Shown here piece after piece: positions 34,869-45,881 of a DNA stretch of 64,000 nt. Origin of the DNA: Endomicrobiales bacterium. GTDB taxonomy: Bacteria; Elusimicrobiota; Endomicrobiia; Endomicrobiales; JALOBY01. Below the pieces are notes generated by a model. The model was not told the DNA's origin and made no database searches. It saw only the letters and a program-made list of their open reading frames with translations. Numbering within the stretch: position 1 is the first letter of the stretch; each line of letters opens with the position of its first letter. The position numbers were made by a program, and so were the translations under genes. Where the stretch lies: positions 128,001 through 192,000 of the forward strand of contig CAWCNJ010000005.1 of assembly GCA_963796955.1 (NCBI GenBank). The letters run 5' to 3'.

Positions 34869-35683
34869 ATGGCCTTAAAAACGCTGGTTGATATCGGCAC
34901 GCTCATAGAAGACGACCTGCAGACCGTACGGGACGTGATCAAAAAATGCGTCAAGGACCAGCCCGCCGAGATCCGGCAAAGCCTGGACTATCATTTCTCA
35001 TCCGGCGGAAAACTGCTGCGGCCAATGCTCGCCTTTCTGACGGCGCGGGCCGCGGCCGGCGGCGAGCTGAACAGCGACCAGACGCGCGAGCTGGCCTTGT
35101 TCGCGGCAGCTTCGGAATTCGTGCACAACGCAAGCCTGGTGCATGACGACATTATGGACGGCGATCTTTTCAGACGCAACCTGCGCACGCTGCAGGCGCT
35201 CTACGGCGAGACTTGCGCCGTGCTCATAGGGGACGTGCTGCACATAACCGCTTTCGACCTGCTGTCCCGGCTGCGCGATCGCTCGGCGATAGGCATGATG
35301 ACAAAGACGATCCGGGACATGTGCTACGGCCAGCTGCTGGACGTGAAAAAAAAGAACGCACGGCCAGGGAGTATGAGAATATAATCCGCTACAAAACAGG
35401 CGCGCTGATGGAAACGGTCTGCACCGGCGGCGCGGTGATGTGCGGCCGCGCTATGGCGGAGCGCGACCTGCGCCAGGTGGGCGATTACGGTATGCACATC
35501 GGCATGCTCTATCAAATGGTGGACGATTATCTTGACGGTGATTCGGGTGTTACGCTGACCATGCACGCGATAACGCGGCTGGCGGATAAAAGCAAAAACT
35601 ATTTACAGGTCCTGCCGCACTCGCAATACCGGACGAAGTTGTTGGACCTGGTAGACCACGTGGCCCGCATGGCAATGAATTAA
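34869..35683 (+). CDS. Polyprenyl diphosphate synthase (frameshift near the A-run at ~35350)
   Basis: GGKLLRP, HDDIMD..RR, KTG and QMVDDYLD. Confidence 0.85.
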
Positions 35684-35704
35684 TAATGACCAAAGGGGAA
35701 TAGT

Positions 35705-37508
35705 ATGGCAAAAACAGCAAGTGACTTTCTGGTTGAACGGTTGTATGAGTGGGGTGTGCGCAGAGTGTACGGTTATCCCGGCGACGGCATCAACGGCGTC
35801 ATGGGGGCGCTCAACCGGGCCCGGGAGAAGATCGAGTTCGTCCAAACACGGCACGAGGAACATGGCTTCCTTCATGGCCTGCGCGCCACGCGAAATTCAC
35901 CGGCGAAGTCGGCGTCTGCATCGCCACGTCGGGCCCGGGCGCCATTCACCTGCTCAACGGACTTTACGACGCTAAGCTCGACCACCAGCCGGTCTGGCGA
36001 TCGTCGGGCAGCAGGCCCGCATCTGCGCTCGGGGCCGATTACCAGCAGGAAGTCGACCTCATTTCCCTCTTCAAGGACGTCGCCCGCGATTTCGTCCATA
36101 TGGCGCGCACCCCGGCCCAGATCCGTCAACTTATCGACCGCGCCCTCCGCATCGCAAAGCCGGAGCGCACCGTGACGTGCATCATTGTCCCGAACGACGT
36201 GCAGGAAATGGAGGCGGTCGAAGCAAGCCGGAACGCAAGCACGGCACGATTCTTCACCGGCATCGGCTATGAACCCGCGTAATCGTACCCAACGAATGCA
36301 GCTGCTCTCCAGGGCGGCCGAAATATTCAACACCGGCAAAAAAATGGCCATTCTCATCGGCGCGGGCGCGCTCGGGGCCGCCGAGCGAGGTGCATGGAAA
36401 CGGCGGAACTGCTCGGGCGCGGGCGTGGCCAAGGCGCTGCTCGGCAAAGGCGGTTCTGCCGGACGATCTTCCCTATGTCACCGGCCCCATCGGCCTGCTC
36501 GGGAGCCAGCCGAGCTGGGACATGATGGAGGAATGCGACACGCTGCTGATGATCGGCAGTAGTTTCCCGTATTCGGAATTTCTGCCGAAAGAAGGCCGGG
36601 CCCGCGGCGTTCAAATAGACATCAGCGCCCGTATGCTGAGCCTGAGATACCCGATGGAAGCCCTGCTGCAGGGCGACAGCAGGCAGACGTTGCATGCGCT
36701 TATTCCGCTGCTGCAGCGCAAAGAAGACCGGACCTGGCGTACGAAGATAGAGGACGGTGTCGTCCAATGGTGGAAAGTGCTGGAAGCCCGCGCCGGCCAT
36801 GAGGCTGAGCCTGTTAACCCGCAAAAACTATTCTGGGAATTATCGCCCCGGCTGCCGGAAAACTGCATCATTACCTGTGACTCGGGCACTTCTGCCAACT
36901 GGTATTCCCGCGACCTGAAATTCCGTCAGGGAATGCGCGGCTCCCTCTCAGGCGGCCTTGCCACCATGTGCCCCGCCGTACCGTACGCGATAGCAGCGAA
37001 ATTCGCCTACCCCAGCCGGGTGGCCATCGCTATTTCCGGGGACGGCGCCATGCAGATGCTCGGCAATAACAACCTGGTGACGATCGCCAAATACTGGAAA
37101 GAATGGAGCGATCCGCGTCTTATAATACTAGTGCTTAAAAACAAGGACCTGAACATGGTCACCTGGGAACAGCGGGTCTTCAACGGCGACCCGAAATACG
37201 AGGCTTCGCAGGATATCCCCGCAATGAAATATGCCGAATACGCAAAGCTGCTGGGCCTGGACGGTATTGAGATACAAAGCCCGAAGGCTATCGGCGACGC
37301 TTTCGACATGGCCCTGCGCAGCGATCGTCCGTTCGTAATAGACGCCCCCTGCGACCCGAACGTTCCTACTCTGCCGCCGCATATCAACCTGAAGCAGGCC
37401 AAGGGCCTTATGTTCTCGCTGCTTGGCGGCGACGTGGACCGCAAGGGCATTATCGTGGAGACCGCTAAAGAAATGATGGAAACGGTGTACGCGGGGGTTA
37501 AGAAATAA
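35705..37508 (+). CDS. TPP-dependent pyruvate oxidase/dehydrogenase-like enzyme (several frameshifts 35870-36450)
   Basis: GYPGDGING, RHEE, TSGPGAIHLLNGLYDA, SGGLATM and GDGAMQM..N. Confidence 0.85.
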
Positions 37509-37911
37509 GCTGGTCAATAGAATACTTTTTGCCTCCTTCGATCACGAACATGACGGCGCACACCAGATAGAGCAGATCCAGCTCCCTGCCCCCGAAGCCT
37601 CCCGTCTGGTGCACCACAAGAGAGGTAACGACCATCTCTATGGCGATAAGCGCCGCGCTTGTCCGGGTAAAGAAGCCTGCTGCCAGAAAGAGCCCGCCGA
37701 AGACTTCCGTGATAGCCGCGGCGTAGGCCATCGGAGCGGCAAGCGGTATGTGCATGGCGCGCACATGTTCCGTGAACGCTCCCATGCCTCCAAAAAGTTT
37801 CCCGTGGCCGTGCCAGACGAACGCGCACCCCATAAAAACGCGCAGCAACACAGAGCCGATATTCAGGTCATATTTGACCGGACTGCTTTTCACTACGTTA
37901 AAAATTTTCAT
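37498..37911 (-). CDS. DoxX-family membrane protein
   Basis: LLRV..G..F.WHG..K, E..GG....GFFTR, and G..KYSID. Confidence 0.85.
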   Translation of the reverse strand: MKIFNVVKSSPVKYDLNIGSVLLRVFMGCAFVWHGHGKLFGGMGAFTEHVRAMHIPLAAPMAYAAAITEVFGGLFLAAGFFTRTSAALIAIEMVVTSLVVHQTGGFGGRELDLLYLVCAVMFVIEGGKKYSIDQLIS

Positions 37912-38073
37912 TTTTGCCTCCCCTCTCTGTTTAAGCAATCGTATAATATTTTCCTCCCGAACACGCTGTGATGCCATGACATCGGACTGACCTTGTTCCC
38001 CTGTTTCGAAAACGGAAAGAAGCCATTTTAAAATTGTGTCCGGTCATTGTGTATGACAGGATGTTAAGGTACG

Positions 38074-39156
38074 ATGGTGAACATGAACAAAAAAATAGTC
38101 CGGACCCTACTTATAACTGTTATTGTGCTGGTCTCGGCCCGTCTGGCGCTGCCATACATCGTGCGCTATTATGCCAACCGCACCCTGGCGCATCTGCAGG
38201 GCTATTACGGCCATGTGGGCGACGTGCATATGGCGGTGTACCGGGGCGCGGCCATTGTCAACGGTCTCTACTTAAATAAGATCGATCCGCAGACCGGCAA
38301 CCAGGTGGAATTCTTTACGGCGCGTGCGATCGACGGTTCAATAGAATGGGGCGCGCTGTTCCACGGTTCCATCGTAGGAAAAATTTCAGCGGATGCACCG
38401 CGGCTTATTTTTACGAAAGACAAGACCGATCCTGCAAAAGTAAGCAAAGACACGCCGCTTTTCCGGCGGCTGCTGAAAAAATTCATGCCGTTAAAGATCA
38501 ACCGTTTGGAAATTAAGGACGGCGCCATTCATTATGTGGACGCAGGGAAAAAGCCGCCCGTCGACGCTTCTTTGAAACAGGTGCATGTGCTCGCCCTTAA
38601 TCTTACGAACGTCGTTAATAACACCATACCGCTGCCGTCCACCGTTACCGCCAACGCCGCGGTCTACGGCGGCTCTCTGAACGCAACGGTCCGCTTGAAC
38701 GCCCTTGCCCAATACCCGACCTTTGAAATGAACGGTGAACTGAAAGACGCCGATCTCACCCAATTTAACGACCTGTTAAAAGCATACGGAAAATTCGTCG
38801 TCAACCGGGGAAGGCTCGGCGTATATACGGAGATGGCGGCCAAAGACGGTAAGCTGACGGGCTATATAAAGCCGATCATCAGGGATCTGGACGTGACCGG
38901 CCCCGGCGACACGAACAAGAATATTTTTCATAAGATGTGGGAATCAATGGTCGGCACCACCGCCTATGTGTTCAAGAACCAAAAAAAAGACCAGCTGGCT
39001 ACCAAAATACCCATCGCCGGCGATTTCAAAGATCCCACAACCGATAAGATCTATTCGCTCTGGGAGGTGCTGCAAAACGCCTTTATCAAAGCGCTGAAGC
39101 CCAGCCTTGATAACGGGGTGAATATTAATTCTATCGACGGAAAGAAAAAGAAATAA
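38074..39156 (+). CDS. DUF748/AsmA-like protein
   Basis: N-terminal TM; GYIKP, ATKIPIAG and LQNAFI. Confidence 0.75.
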   Translation: MVNMNKKIVRTLLITVIVLVSARLALPYIVRYYANRTLAHLQGYYGHVGDVHMAVYRGAAIVNGLYLNKIDPQTGNQVEFFTARAIDGSIEWGALFHGSIVGKISADAPRLIFTKDKTDPAKVSKDTPLFRRLLKKFMPLKINRLEIKDGAIHYVDAGKKPPVDASLKQVHVLALNLTNVVNNTIPLPSTVTANAAVYGGSLNATVRLNALAQYPTFEMNGELKDADLTQFNDLLKAYGKFVVNRGRLGVYTEMAAKDGKLTGYIKPIIRDLDVTGPGDTNKNIFHKMWESMVGTTAYVFKNQKKDQLATKIPIAGDFKDPTTDKIYSLWEVLQNAFIKALKPSLDNGVNINSIDGKKKK

Positions 39157-39178
39157 GCGCTATTTAGAGGAGCGTTAC

Positions 39179-40177
39179 ATGAAAAAGAAAGACGTCGTAT
39201 TCATTACCGGGGCTTCTGCGGGGGCCGGCCGCGCCATCGCGGATATATTCGCGCAGCACGGGTGTTCGCTGGGCCTGTTCGCGCGGGGCACAGAGCGGCT
39301 GGAAGCAGCGAAAACCTACGCGGAGTCGCGTGGCGCCCAGGCGATGATCTTTTCGGGCGATGTCGCTGACGCCGCTGCTCTGGAAAACGCGGCAGCCGCC
39401 TGTGAGGCAAAATTCGGGCCGATCGATATCTGGATAAACGACGCGATGACCACGGTCTTCGCGCCCTTCTGGGCGATAACCCCCGATGAGTTCAAGCGGG
39501 TGACTGAGGTGACCTACCTGGGGTATGTGTACGGGACCATGGCCGCACTTAAGCGCATGCGGCCCCGCAACCGCGGCTCCATTGTTCAGGTGGGTTCGGC
39601 GCTCGCCTACCGCTCCATCCCGCTGCAGTCGGCCTATTGCGGCGCAAAGCACGCGATCAAAGGCTTTACCGACTCTATACGTTCCGAGCTGCTGCACGAA
39701 AAAAGCAGGATCATGGTCTCCATGGTGCAGATGCCGGCGCTCAACACGCCGCAGTTCGACTGGTGCGAAGATAAAATGGATAAACAGCCCCAGCCGGTGC
39801 CGCCCATCTATCAGCCAGAAGTGGCGGCGCGCGCCGTCTATTGGGCGGCCTACCACAAGAACCGTGAATTGAATGTCGGCATCCGTACCTCCGTTATCTT
39901 ATGGGGAAATAAATTCTTTCCCGGATTCGGCGATAACTATCTGGCCAGGTTCGGCTACAGCGGCCAGTTCACCGACGAGCCCGCCACCCCAGACCGTCCT
40001 TCTAATTTATGGCACACGGTTAAAGGCGATTACGGCGCGCACGGTCAGTTCGATAAGCGCGCTCTGACGACATCGCGTTTTCTGTGGCTGGAGACCCATT
40101 GTCCCTGGCTGTGGAAAGCCGCGTGCGCCGCTGCCGCTGTCGCCGCGGTACTGGCGCTGAAACCAAGGAGAAAATGA
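39179..40177 (+). CDS. SDR-family oxidoreductase
   Basis: TGASAGAG and YCGAK (YxxxK). Confidence 0.9.
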   Translation: MKKKDVVFITGASAGAGRAIADIFAQHGCSLGLFARGTERLEAAKTYAESRGAQAMIFSGDVADAAALENAAAACEAKFGPIDIWINDAMTTVFAPFWAITPDEFKRVTEVTYLGYVYGTMAALKRMRPRNRGSIVQVGSALAYRSIPLQSAYCGAKHAIKGFTDSIRSELLHEKSRIMVSMVQMPALNTPQFDWCEDKMDKQPQPVPPIYQPEVAARAVYWAAYHKNRELNVGIRTSVILWGNKFFPGFGDNYLARFGYSGQFTDEPATPDRPSNLWHTVKGDYGAHGQFDKRALTTSRFLWLETHCPWLWKAACAAAAVAAVLALKPRRK

Positions 40178-40180
40178 ACT

Positions 40181-41308
40181 ATGACAGTACGGGATTTTGA
40201 GGCGCGTATTGAAAGCATCAGTGTCCGGGCCTTCAGTGTGCCCACGGACTATCCGGAAGCCGACGGCACTCTTGAGTGGGACAGCACGACGATGATACTT
40301 GTCGAGATAAAAGCCGCCTGCTGCGTGGGGATCGGCTACACCTACGCCGATGCCTCCGCCGTCCGGTTGATAGAGACGCTTTTCGCGCCCGCGATACACG
40401 GGGCAGATCCTTTTGACATCGCGTCCTGCTGGCAGGCGCTCACGAACGCCGCGCGCAACAACGGTGACAGCGGTATATGCAGAATGGCGATAGCTGCCGT
40501 CGACAGCGCGCTCTGGGATCTGAAGGCGCGGCTGCTGGAACTACCGCTGGTGAAATTGCTCGGCATGGTACGCGAACAGGTGCCCTGTTACGGCAGCGGC
40601 GGCTTCACCACCTATTCCATTGATCGTTTATGCCGGCAGCTCGGCGGCTGGGCGGGTGAGGGTTTTACGATGGTGAAGATGAAGATCGGCAGTGAGCCGC
40701 TTGATGATCCGGCCCGCATGGCGGCCGCCAAAGAGGCGATTGGGAAAGATGTGCAGCTGTTCGTAGACGCCAACGAAGCTTTTGAGCCTGCACAGGCGCT
40801 GCGCATGGCCGGGCTGTTTCCCGCTCTTGGCGTGACCTGGTACGAACAGCCGATCCGCCACCTGAACTTGGCGGGCATGCGGCAACTCCGTTCGCGGCTT
40901 CCCGCGGGGACTGAACTTGCCGACGGTGAATACATTTACACGGCCGACGACGCGCGCCGCATAATAGAGGCGGGCTCGGCGGATGTGCTGATGCCGGACG
41001 CCACCCGCTGCGGCATTACCGGTTTCCTGCAGGTCGCGGCATTGTGCGAAGTGTATGGCCTGCCTATGTCTTCCCACTGCGCGCCGAGCCTGCATGTGCA
41101 TGTATGCTGCGCGATACCACACCTGCGCCATATAGAATACTTTTACGACCACGCAAGGATCGAGAAGATCTTTTTCGGTGAAGCAGCCTCGGCGGCCAAA
41201 GGGATGATGAAGCCCGATCTTACAAAGCCCGGCATGGGCTTGTCGCTGAATGAGACCGCGGCCGCCCGGTTCGAGATAAGAACACAGGAGTTACTATGTC
41301 AGAAATAG
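40181..41308 (+). CDS. Mandelate racemase/muconate lactonising enzyme-like enolase-superfamily protein
   Basis: ALWDL, YGSGG, KMKIG, VDAN, EQP and DGE. Confidence 0.88.
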   Translation: MTVRDFEARIESISVRAFSVPTDYPEADGTLEWDSTTMILVEIKAACCVGIGYTYADASAVRLIETLFAPAIHGADPFDIASCWQALTNAARNNGDSGICRMAIAAVDSALWDLKARLLELPLVKLLGMVREQVPCYGSGGFTTYSIDRLCRQLGGWAGEGFTMVKMKIGSEPLDDPARMAAAKEAIGKDVQLFVDANEAFEPAQALRMAGLFPALGVTWYEQPIRHLNLAGMRQLRSRLPAGTELADGEYIYTADDARRIIEAGSADVLMPDATRCGITGFLQVAALCEVYGLPMSSHCAPSLHVHVCCAIPHLRHIEYFYDHARIEKIFFGEAASAAKGMMKPDLTKPGMGLSLNETAAARFEIRTQELLCQK

Positions 41309-44250
41309 CCGAACTCGTTAAGGAACAAATACGGAACGTAGATGTACGGGGCTTGGAAGCGGAACTGAAAGCCCGGGTGAACGGGGAAGTACGTTTTGAC
41401 GCCGGCGCGCGTGCGCTGTACGCGACCGACGGTTCCAATTACCGTCAGGAACCGCTGGGCGTGGTGCTGCCGCACGATCGGGAGGCGGTGAAAGATGCGG
41501 TAACGATCTGTCACCGTTACGGCGCCCCCATCATTTCCCGCGGCTGCGGCACCGGCCTTGCCGGCCAGACCTGCGGCGCGGGCGTGATCATAGACCACTC
41601 GAAATATTATAACCATATATTGAGCATGGACGGACAGCGCCGCACCGCGGTGGTGGAACCCGGCGTGATACTGGACCGTTTGCGCGAAAAAGCCCAGCGC
41701 GAATTTACGCTAACGTTCACGGCGGATCCCGCCACCCACGCCTATTGCACGCTGGGCGGCATGCTGGGCAATGATTCCTGCGGCGTTCACTCGGTCATGG
41801 GCGGTCGCACCGTTGATAACGTCGAAGAAATGGAAGTGATGACGGCCGACGGGATCGTTATGCGCGTGGGGCCCACCTCCGAAAAAGAACTTGAGGAAAT
41901 TATCGCCGCGGGCGGCCGGCGCGGCCAGATCTATCAGGCGATGAAGAACATCCGCGACAAATATGCGCAGCTTATCCGTAAGCGTTACCCGAAAATACCG
42001 CGGCGGGTTTCCGGCTACAACCTGGATGAATTACTGCCCGAGAACGGCTTTAACGTTGCGCGTGCCCTGGTAGGTACCGAAAGCACCTGCGTGACCATAC
42101 TTGAGGCGACGCTTAAACTTATTTACAGCCCGCCAAAACGCGCGCTGGTGGTGTTCGGGTATCCCGACGTATACAGCGCGGCCGATCATGTGGAACAATT
42201 AATGCAGTTCAAGCCGACGGCGCTGGAAGGCATGGATTCCCTGCTGGTGCGCTTTATGAAACTGATGCACCTGCACCCCCGGGATATTGAACTGCTGCCG
42301 AAGGGAAAGGGCTGGCTGCTGGTGGAGTTCGGCGGCGACAGCGACGAAGAGGCGCAAGATAACGCGAAAAAATGTATGCAGGCGATACGCCAATTGCCGG
42401 ATGCGCCCTCCATGAAACTGTTCGACGACCCGGCGCAGGAACACGCGGTCTGGACCGTGCGGGAATCAGGCCTTGGCGCGACGGCGAACGTGCCGGGCCA
42501 GCCCCTGCAATGGGATGGGTGGGAAGACGCGGCCATCGCGCCGGCGAAGCTCGGCAAGTATCTGCGGGAATTTCGCGACCTGCTGAACAAACACGGCTAT
42601 GTCGCCTCACTCTACGGCCATTTCGGGCAGGGGTGCGTGCATTGCCGCATCAGTTTTGATTTTTTCACTAAACAGGGCATCGACAATTATAATAGTTTTA
42701 TCGACGAAGCATCCGATCTGGTCGTAAAATACGGCGGCTCGTTCAGCGCCGAGCACGGCGACGGCCAATCCAAGGCGGTGTTCCTGCCGAAAATGTACGG
42801 GCCGGAACTGGTGGAGGCCTTTTGGGAATTTAAAAAAGCATGGGACCCGAACAACATCATGAACCCCGGAAAAATAGTGCACCCCTACCTGCCCGACGAA
42901 AACCTGCGGCTCGGCACGGATTATAACCCCATTCAGTCCCCAACACATTTTAAATTCCCAAAAGACGACGGCAGCCTGGCCAGGGCCACCCTGCGGTGCG
43001 TCGGCGTCGGTAAATGCCGCCGCACGGAAGACGCCTTCATGTGCCCCAGCTTTCTGGTTACCCGCGAAGAACAGCACACGACCCGGGGCAGGGCGCACAC
43101 GTTGTTTGAAATGACGCGCGGTGATATTATACGATCAGGCTGGAAAAGTCAGGAGGTAAAAGACGCCCTGGAATTATGCCTCGGCTGTAAAGCCTGTAAA
43201 AAAGATTGTCCGGTCAATGTGGATATAGACCAGTACAAGTCGGAATTCCTGTATCACTATTATCGCGGCACAGTGCGCCCGCCGGTCTCGTACCTGATGG
43301 GCTACATAGGCCTGCTTGCCCCGCTTGGCGCGCGGTTCTATCAGCTGGCGAATTTTCTGGCTGACGCCCCGCTTATAGGCCTGGCCGCAAAAGTAGCCAC
43401 GGGCATCGCGCCGGAACGCAGTATCCCGTTATTTGCGCCCCAGCCGTTCACCCAGTGGTTCGCGCGCAACAAAACCGGTCAGGCGGGAAAAAAGAAAGTG
43501 GTGCTGTATACGGATGTTTTCAATAATTATTTTTACCCGCACACCCTGCAGGCGGCGTACCTGATCCTGCGGAACTGGGGCTATAACGTTATAGTGCCGC
43601 CCGGCAGAATATACGCGCCGCGGCCCCTGCTGCATTACGGGTTCCTGGATTCGGCCATCAGCGAGATACGGAAAGCCGTCCAAAAACTGAGCGCCTATAT
43701 CAGGGAAGGCATTCCCGTGATCTTTTGTGAGCCAAGCTCAGCTTCAGTATATCGCGACGAGGTTCCCGCCTTGTTCCCCGCCGAGCCCGACATGCAGCGC
43801 ATGACCGAAAATTCAGTCCTGCTCAGCGAGTTCATAGAACAGAATTCTCTGCCCCTGCCGGTCCTGAGCGGTAAAGCGGTATTTCACGCCCATTGTCACC
43901 AGCGGGCCGTGCTGAACCCCGATGCCGCCCGCAACATTATCCGCAAACTCGGCCTGGACTTTTCCGAACCGCAAAAAACCTGTTGTGGCATGGCAGGCTC
44001 CTTCGGCTACGAAGCCAAAAAGTACCCCATCTCCCAGAAGATCGGTGAAACAAAACTCTTCCCCGAGATACGCAGCGCACCCCCCGACAGCTACATCGTC
44101 GCCGAAGGTTTCAGCTGCCGTACCCAGATAAAAGACGGCACCGGCCGCTCACCCCTGCATGTATCGGAGCTGCTGCTGCTGGCGCTCCGCGACAAGCGCA
44201 ATGAGCGACTACTGCACCCCGAAGTAAAGCAGGTATTCGCCCAGGACTAG
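41296..44250 (+). CDS. FAD-binding plus Fe-S (GlcD/GlcF-fusion type) 2-hydroxyacid dehydrogenase-like protein
   Basis: G.GT.LAGQ, AEHGDG, CVGVGKC, CLGCKAC..CP, HAHCHQ and CCGMAG. Confidence 0.88.
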   Translation: MSEIAELVKEQIRNVDVRGLEAELKARVNGEVRFDAGARALYATDGSNYRQEPLGVVLPHDREAVKDAVTICHRYGAPIISRGCGTGLAGQTCGAGVIIDHSKYYNHILSMDGQRRTAVVEPGVILDRLREKAQREFTLTFTADPATHAYCTLGGMLGNDSCGVHSVMGGRTVDNVEEMEVMTADGIVMRVGPTSEKELEEIIAAGGRRGQIYQAMKNIRDKYAQLIRKRYPKIPRRVSGYNLDELLPENGFNVARALVGTESTCVTILEATLKLIYSPPKRALVVFGYPDVYSAADHVEQLMQFKPTALEGMDSLLVRFMKLMHLHPRDIELLPKGKGWLLVEFGGDSDEEAQDNAKKCMQAIRQLPDAPSMKLFDDPAQEHAVWTVRESGLGATANVPGQPLQWDGWEDAAIAPAKLGKYLREFRDLLNKHGYVASLYGHFGQGCVHCRISFDFFTKQGIDNYNSFIDEASDLVVKYGGSFSAEHGDGQSKAVFLPKMYGPELVEAFWEFKKAWDPNNIMNPGKIVHPYLPDENLRLGTDYNPIQSPTHFKFPKDDGSLARATLRCVGVGKCRRTEDAFMCPSFLVTREEQHTTRGRAHTLFEMTRGDIIRSGWKSQEVKDALELCLGCKACKKDCPVNVDIDQYKSEFLYHYYRGTVRPPVSYLMGYIGLLAPLGARFYQLANFLADAPLIGLAAKVATGIAPERSIPLFAPQPFTQWFARNKTGQAGKKKVVLYTDVFNNYFYPHTLQAAYLILRNWGYNVIVPPGRIYAPRPLLHYGFLDSAISEIRKAVQKLSAYIREGIPVIFCEPSSASVYRDEVPALFPAEPDMQRMTENSVLLSEFIEQNSLPLPVLSGKAVFHAHCHQRAVLNPDAARNIIRKLGLDFSEPQKTCCGMAGSFGYEAKKYPISQKIGETKLFPEIRSAPPDSYIVAEGFSCRTQIKDGTGRSPLHVSELLLLALRDKRNERLLHPEVKQVFAQD

Positions 44251-44319
44251 GCACACCCCGCGAACAAGCCGAAAGCAAGCCCCTATTTTCTGGCCTTGCT
44301 AATATTCACAAATTTCCTC

Positions 44320-44358
44320 GCATGCTTGTACCCATTGGTAACCCAAATGGATACCTAC
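44320..44358 (+). repeat. 39-bp direct repeat, copy 1 (copy 2 at 46259-46297)
   Basis: GCATGCTTGTACCCATTGGTAACCCAAATGGATACCTAC; 37/39 identical to copy 2. Confidence 0.85.
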
Positions 44359-44408
44359 ACCCGCTAATTTAACTTGCAATGTTAAATTATAAGGGTTATA
44401 ATAAGATC

Positions 44409-45620
44409 ATGAAATACTTAAACCGCACTCTTTCCAGCAAAATACTTAAAGCTGTAAAAACCTTTCCTGCTCTTGTTTTGACCGGCCCCAGGCAGGTTGG
44501 GAAAACTACTCTGCTGAAGAAGATGTTTTCCACCACCCACCAATTCGTCAGCCTTGAAAACCCGGATATTCGTATGAGAGCAAAGGCTGATCCCGCTGGA
44601 TTCATTAAAGGTTTCACAAAGTCGGCAATAATTGATGAGATCCAGTATATGCCTGAATTATTGTCATATATTAAAAGCGCGATAGACGAAGACCGCAGGC
44701 CGGGACGGTGGCTGCTAACCGGTTCCCAACAGTTTGCTTTGATGCATAATGTGAGCCAGTCCCTTGCGGGAAGGGCGGCGATCATGTCGTTGTTACCGTT
44801 CTCTTTGTCAGAGGCCTCGGGCAATGGCGCTTCGTCATTATCTGTTGCACAGTGGGTGAGTGGCAGAAAGCAGCCGCCCGAGAAACTTAAGCTTAATGAC
44901 TGTCTATTAAGAGGTTTTTACCCGGAAATAGCGCTTAATAAAAAAGTTGACCGCCAGCTTTGGTGCGGCTCGTATATAAACACGTATCTTGAAAGGGATA
45001 TAAGAAATATTGCCCATGTAGGCGACCTGTCGCAGTTTGAGCATTTTGTGACAATGTGCGCGGTGCGGACAGGCCAGGTGCTTAACATGTCCGAAATGGC
45101 AAGGGATCTGGGAATTAGCGTTACGACGGCTAAAAGGTGGGTTTCAATACTCGAGACCGGGTTCCAGGTAGTGTTGCTTTACCCGTATTACAGGAACATT
45201 GGTAAGCGAATGGTTAAAAACCCCAAGATCTATTTTAATGACCCTGCACTTTGTTGCTACTTGCTGGGTTTAAATGATTTTGAGACACTTAAAAACAGTC
45301 CGCATTTCGGCAGCATATTTGAGACGATGATAGTGATGGATTTTTGGAAACGGTTCATGCACTCGGGAGAAAAGCCATCGATGTATTATATTAGGACGCA
45401 GGATGGACTGGAAGTTGATCTTGTGCTGGATATTGGCGGCAAATTACATTTGATAGAAGTTAAAAGCGGGATGACTGTAATCCCAAAACACGCGGCATCC
45501 ATGCTGCGCCTTATGGGCGAGCTAAAAGATCAAATACAATCAGGTTCAATAATATCCCGTGCCGAGAATGTGGCTTCGCTGGGAAACAATATAAGCCATT
45601 ATAACTGGGCCGAGCTGTAA
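44409..45620 (+). CDS. AAA_14 + DUF4143 ATPase
   Basis: GPRQVGKT, IDEIQ, LTGS, SLAGR, KIYF.D and EVD...IEVK (PD-(D/E)xK-like tail). Confidence 0.9.
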   Translation: MKYLNRTLSSKILKAVKTFPALVLTGPRQVGKTTLLKKMFSTTHQFVSLENPDIRMRAKADPAGFIKGFTKSAIIDEIQYMPELLSYIKSAIDEDRRPGRWLLTGSQQFALMHNVSQSLAGRAAIMSLLPFSLSEASGNGASSLSVAQWVSGRKQPPEKLKLNDCLLRGFYPEIALNKKVDRQLWCGSYINTYLERDIRNIAHVGDLSQFEHFVTMCAVRTGQVLNMSEMARDLGISVTTAKRWVSILETGFQVVLLYPYYRNIGKRMVKNPKIYFNDPALCCYLLGLNDFETLKNSPHFGSIFETMIVMDFWKRFMHSGEKPSMYYIRTQDGLEVDLVLDIGGKLHLIEVKSGMTVIPKHAASMLRLMGELKDQIQSGSIISRAENVASLGNNISHYNWAEL

Positions 45621-45653
45621 AAGTGAGCCAGGTACGAGGTACAGGTTACGGAT

Positions 45654-45684
45654 TCAGACTTAAGTAGCTTGAGTAAATTGACTT
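45654..45684 (+). repeat. Orphan copy of the Y1 element left end
   Basis: TCAGACTTAAGTAGCTTGAGTAAATTGACTT; 29/31 identical to 61382-61412. Confidence 0.8.
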
Positions 45685-45726
45685 ATTTGGAAGGAAGTGA
45701 GTAGAAGTATACATACCGCCCTTTGT

Positions 45727-45755
45727 TTGAGAAAATTCTTAAAGAATGCTATACT
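45727..45755 (+). promoter_or_regulatory. Sigma70-type promoter, copy 1
   Basis: TTGAGA-17 bp-TATACT with extended TG; near-identical copy at 49985. Confidence 0.75.
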
Positions 45756-45881
45756 GCCACCGATGGTAAATATGTGTTTTGTACAAGCTGGGATCAAGAA
45801 TAGACACCCAGTGGACAACCAGTGGTTTAGACCGGAAAATAGCCAAGCTAAAAAAAGCATTGAAAATACAACAAGATAAGC

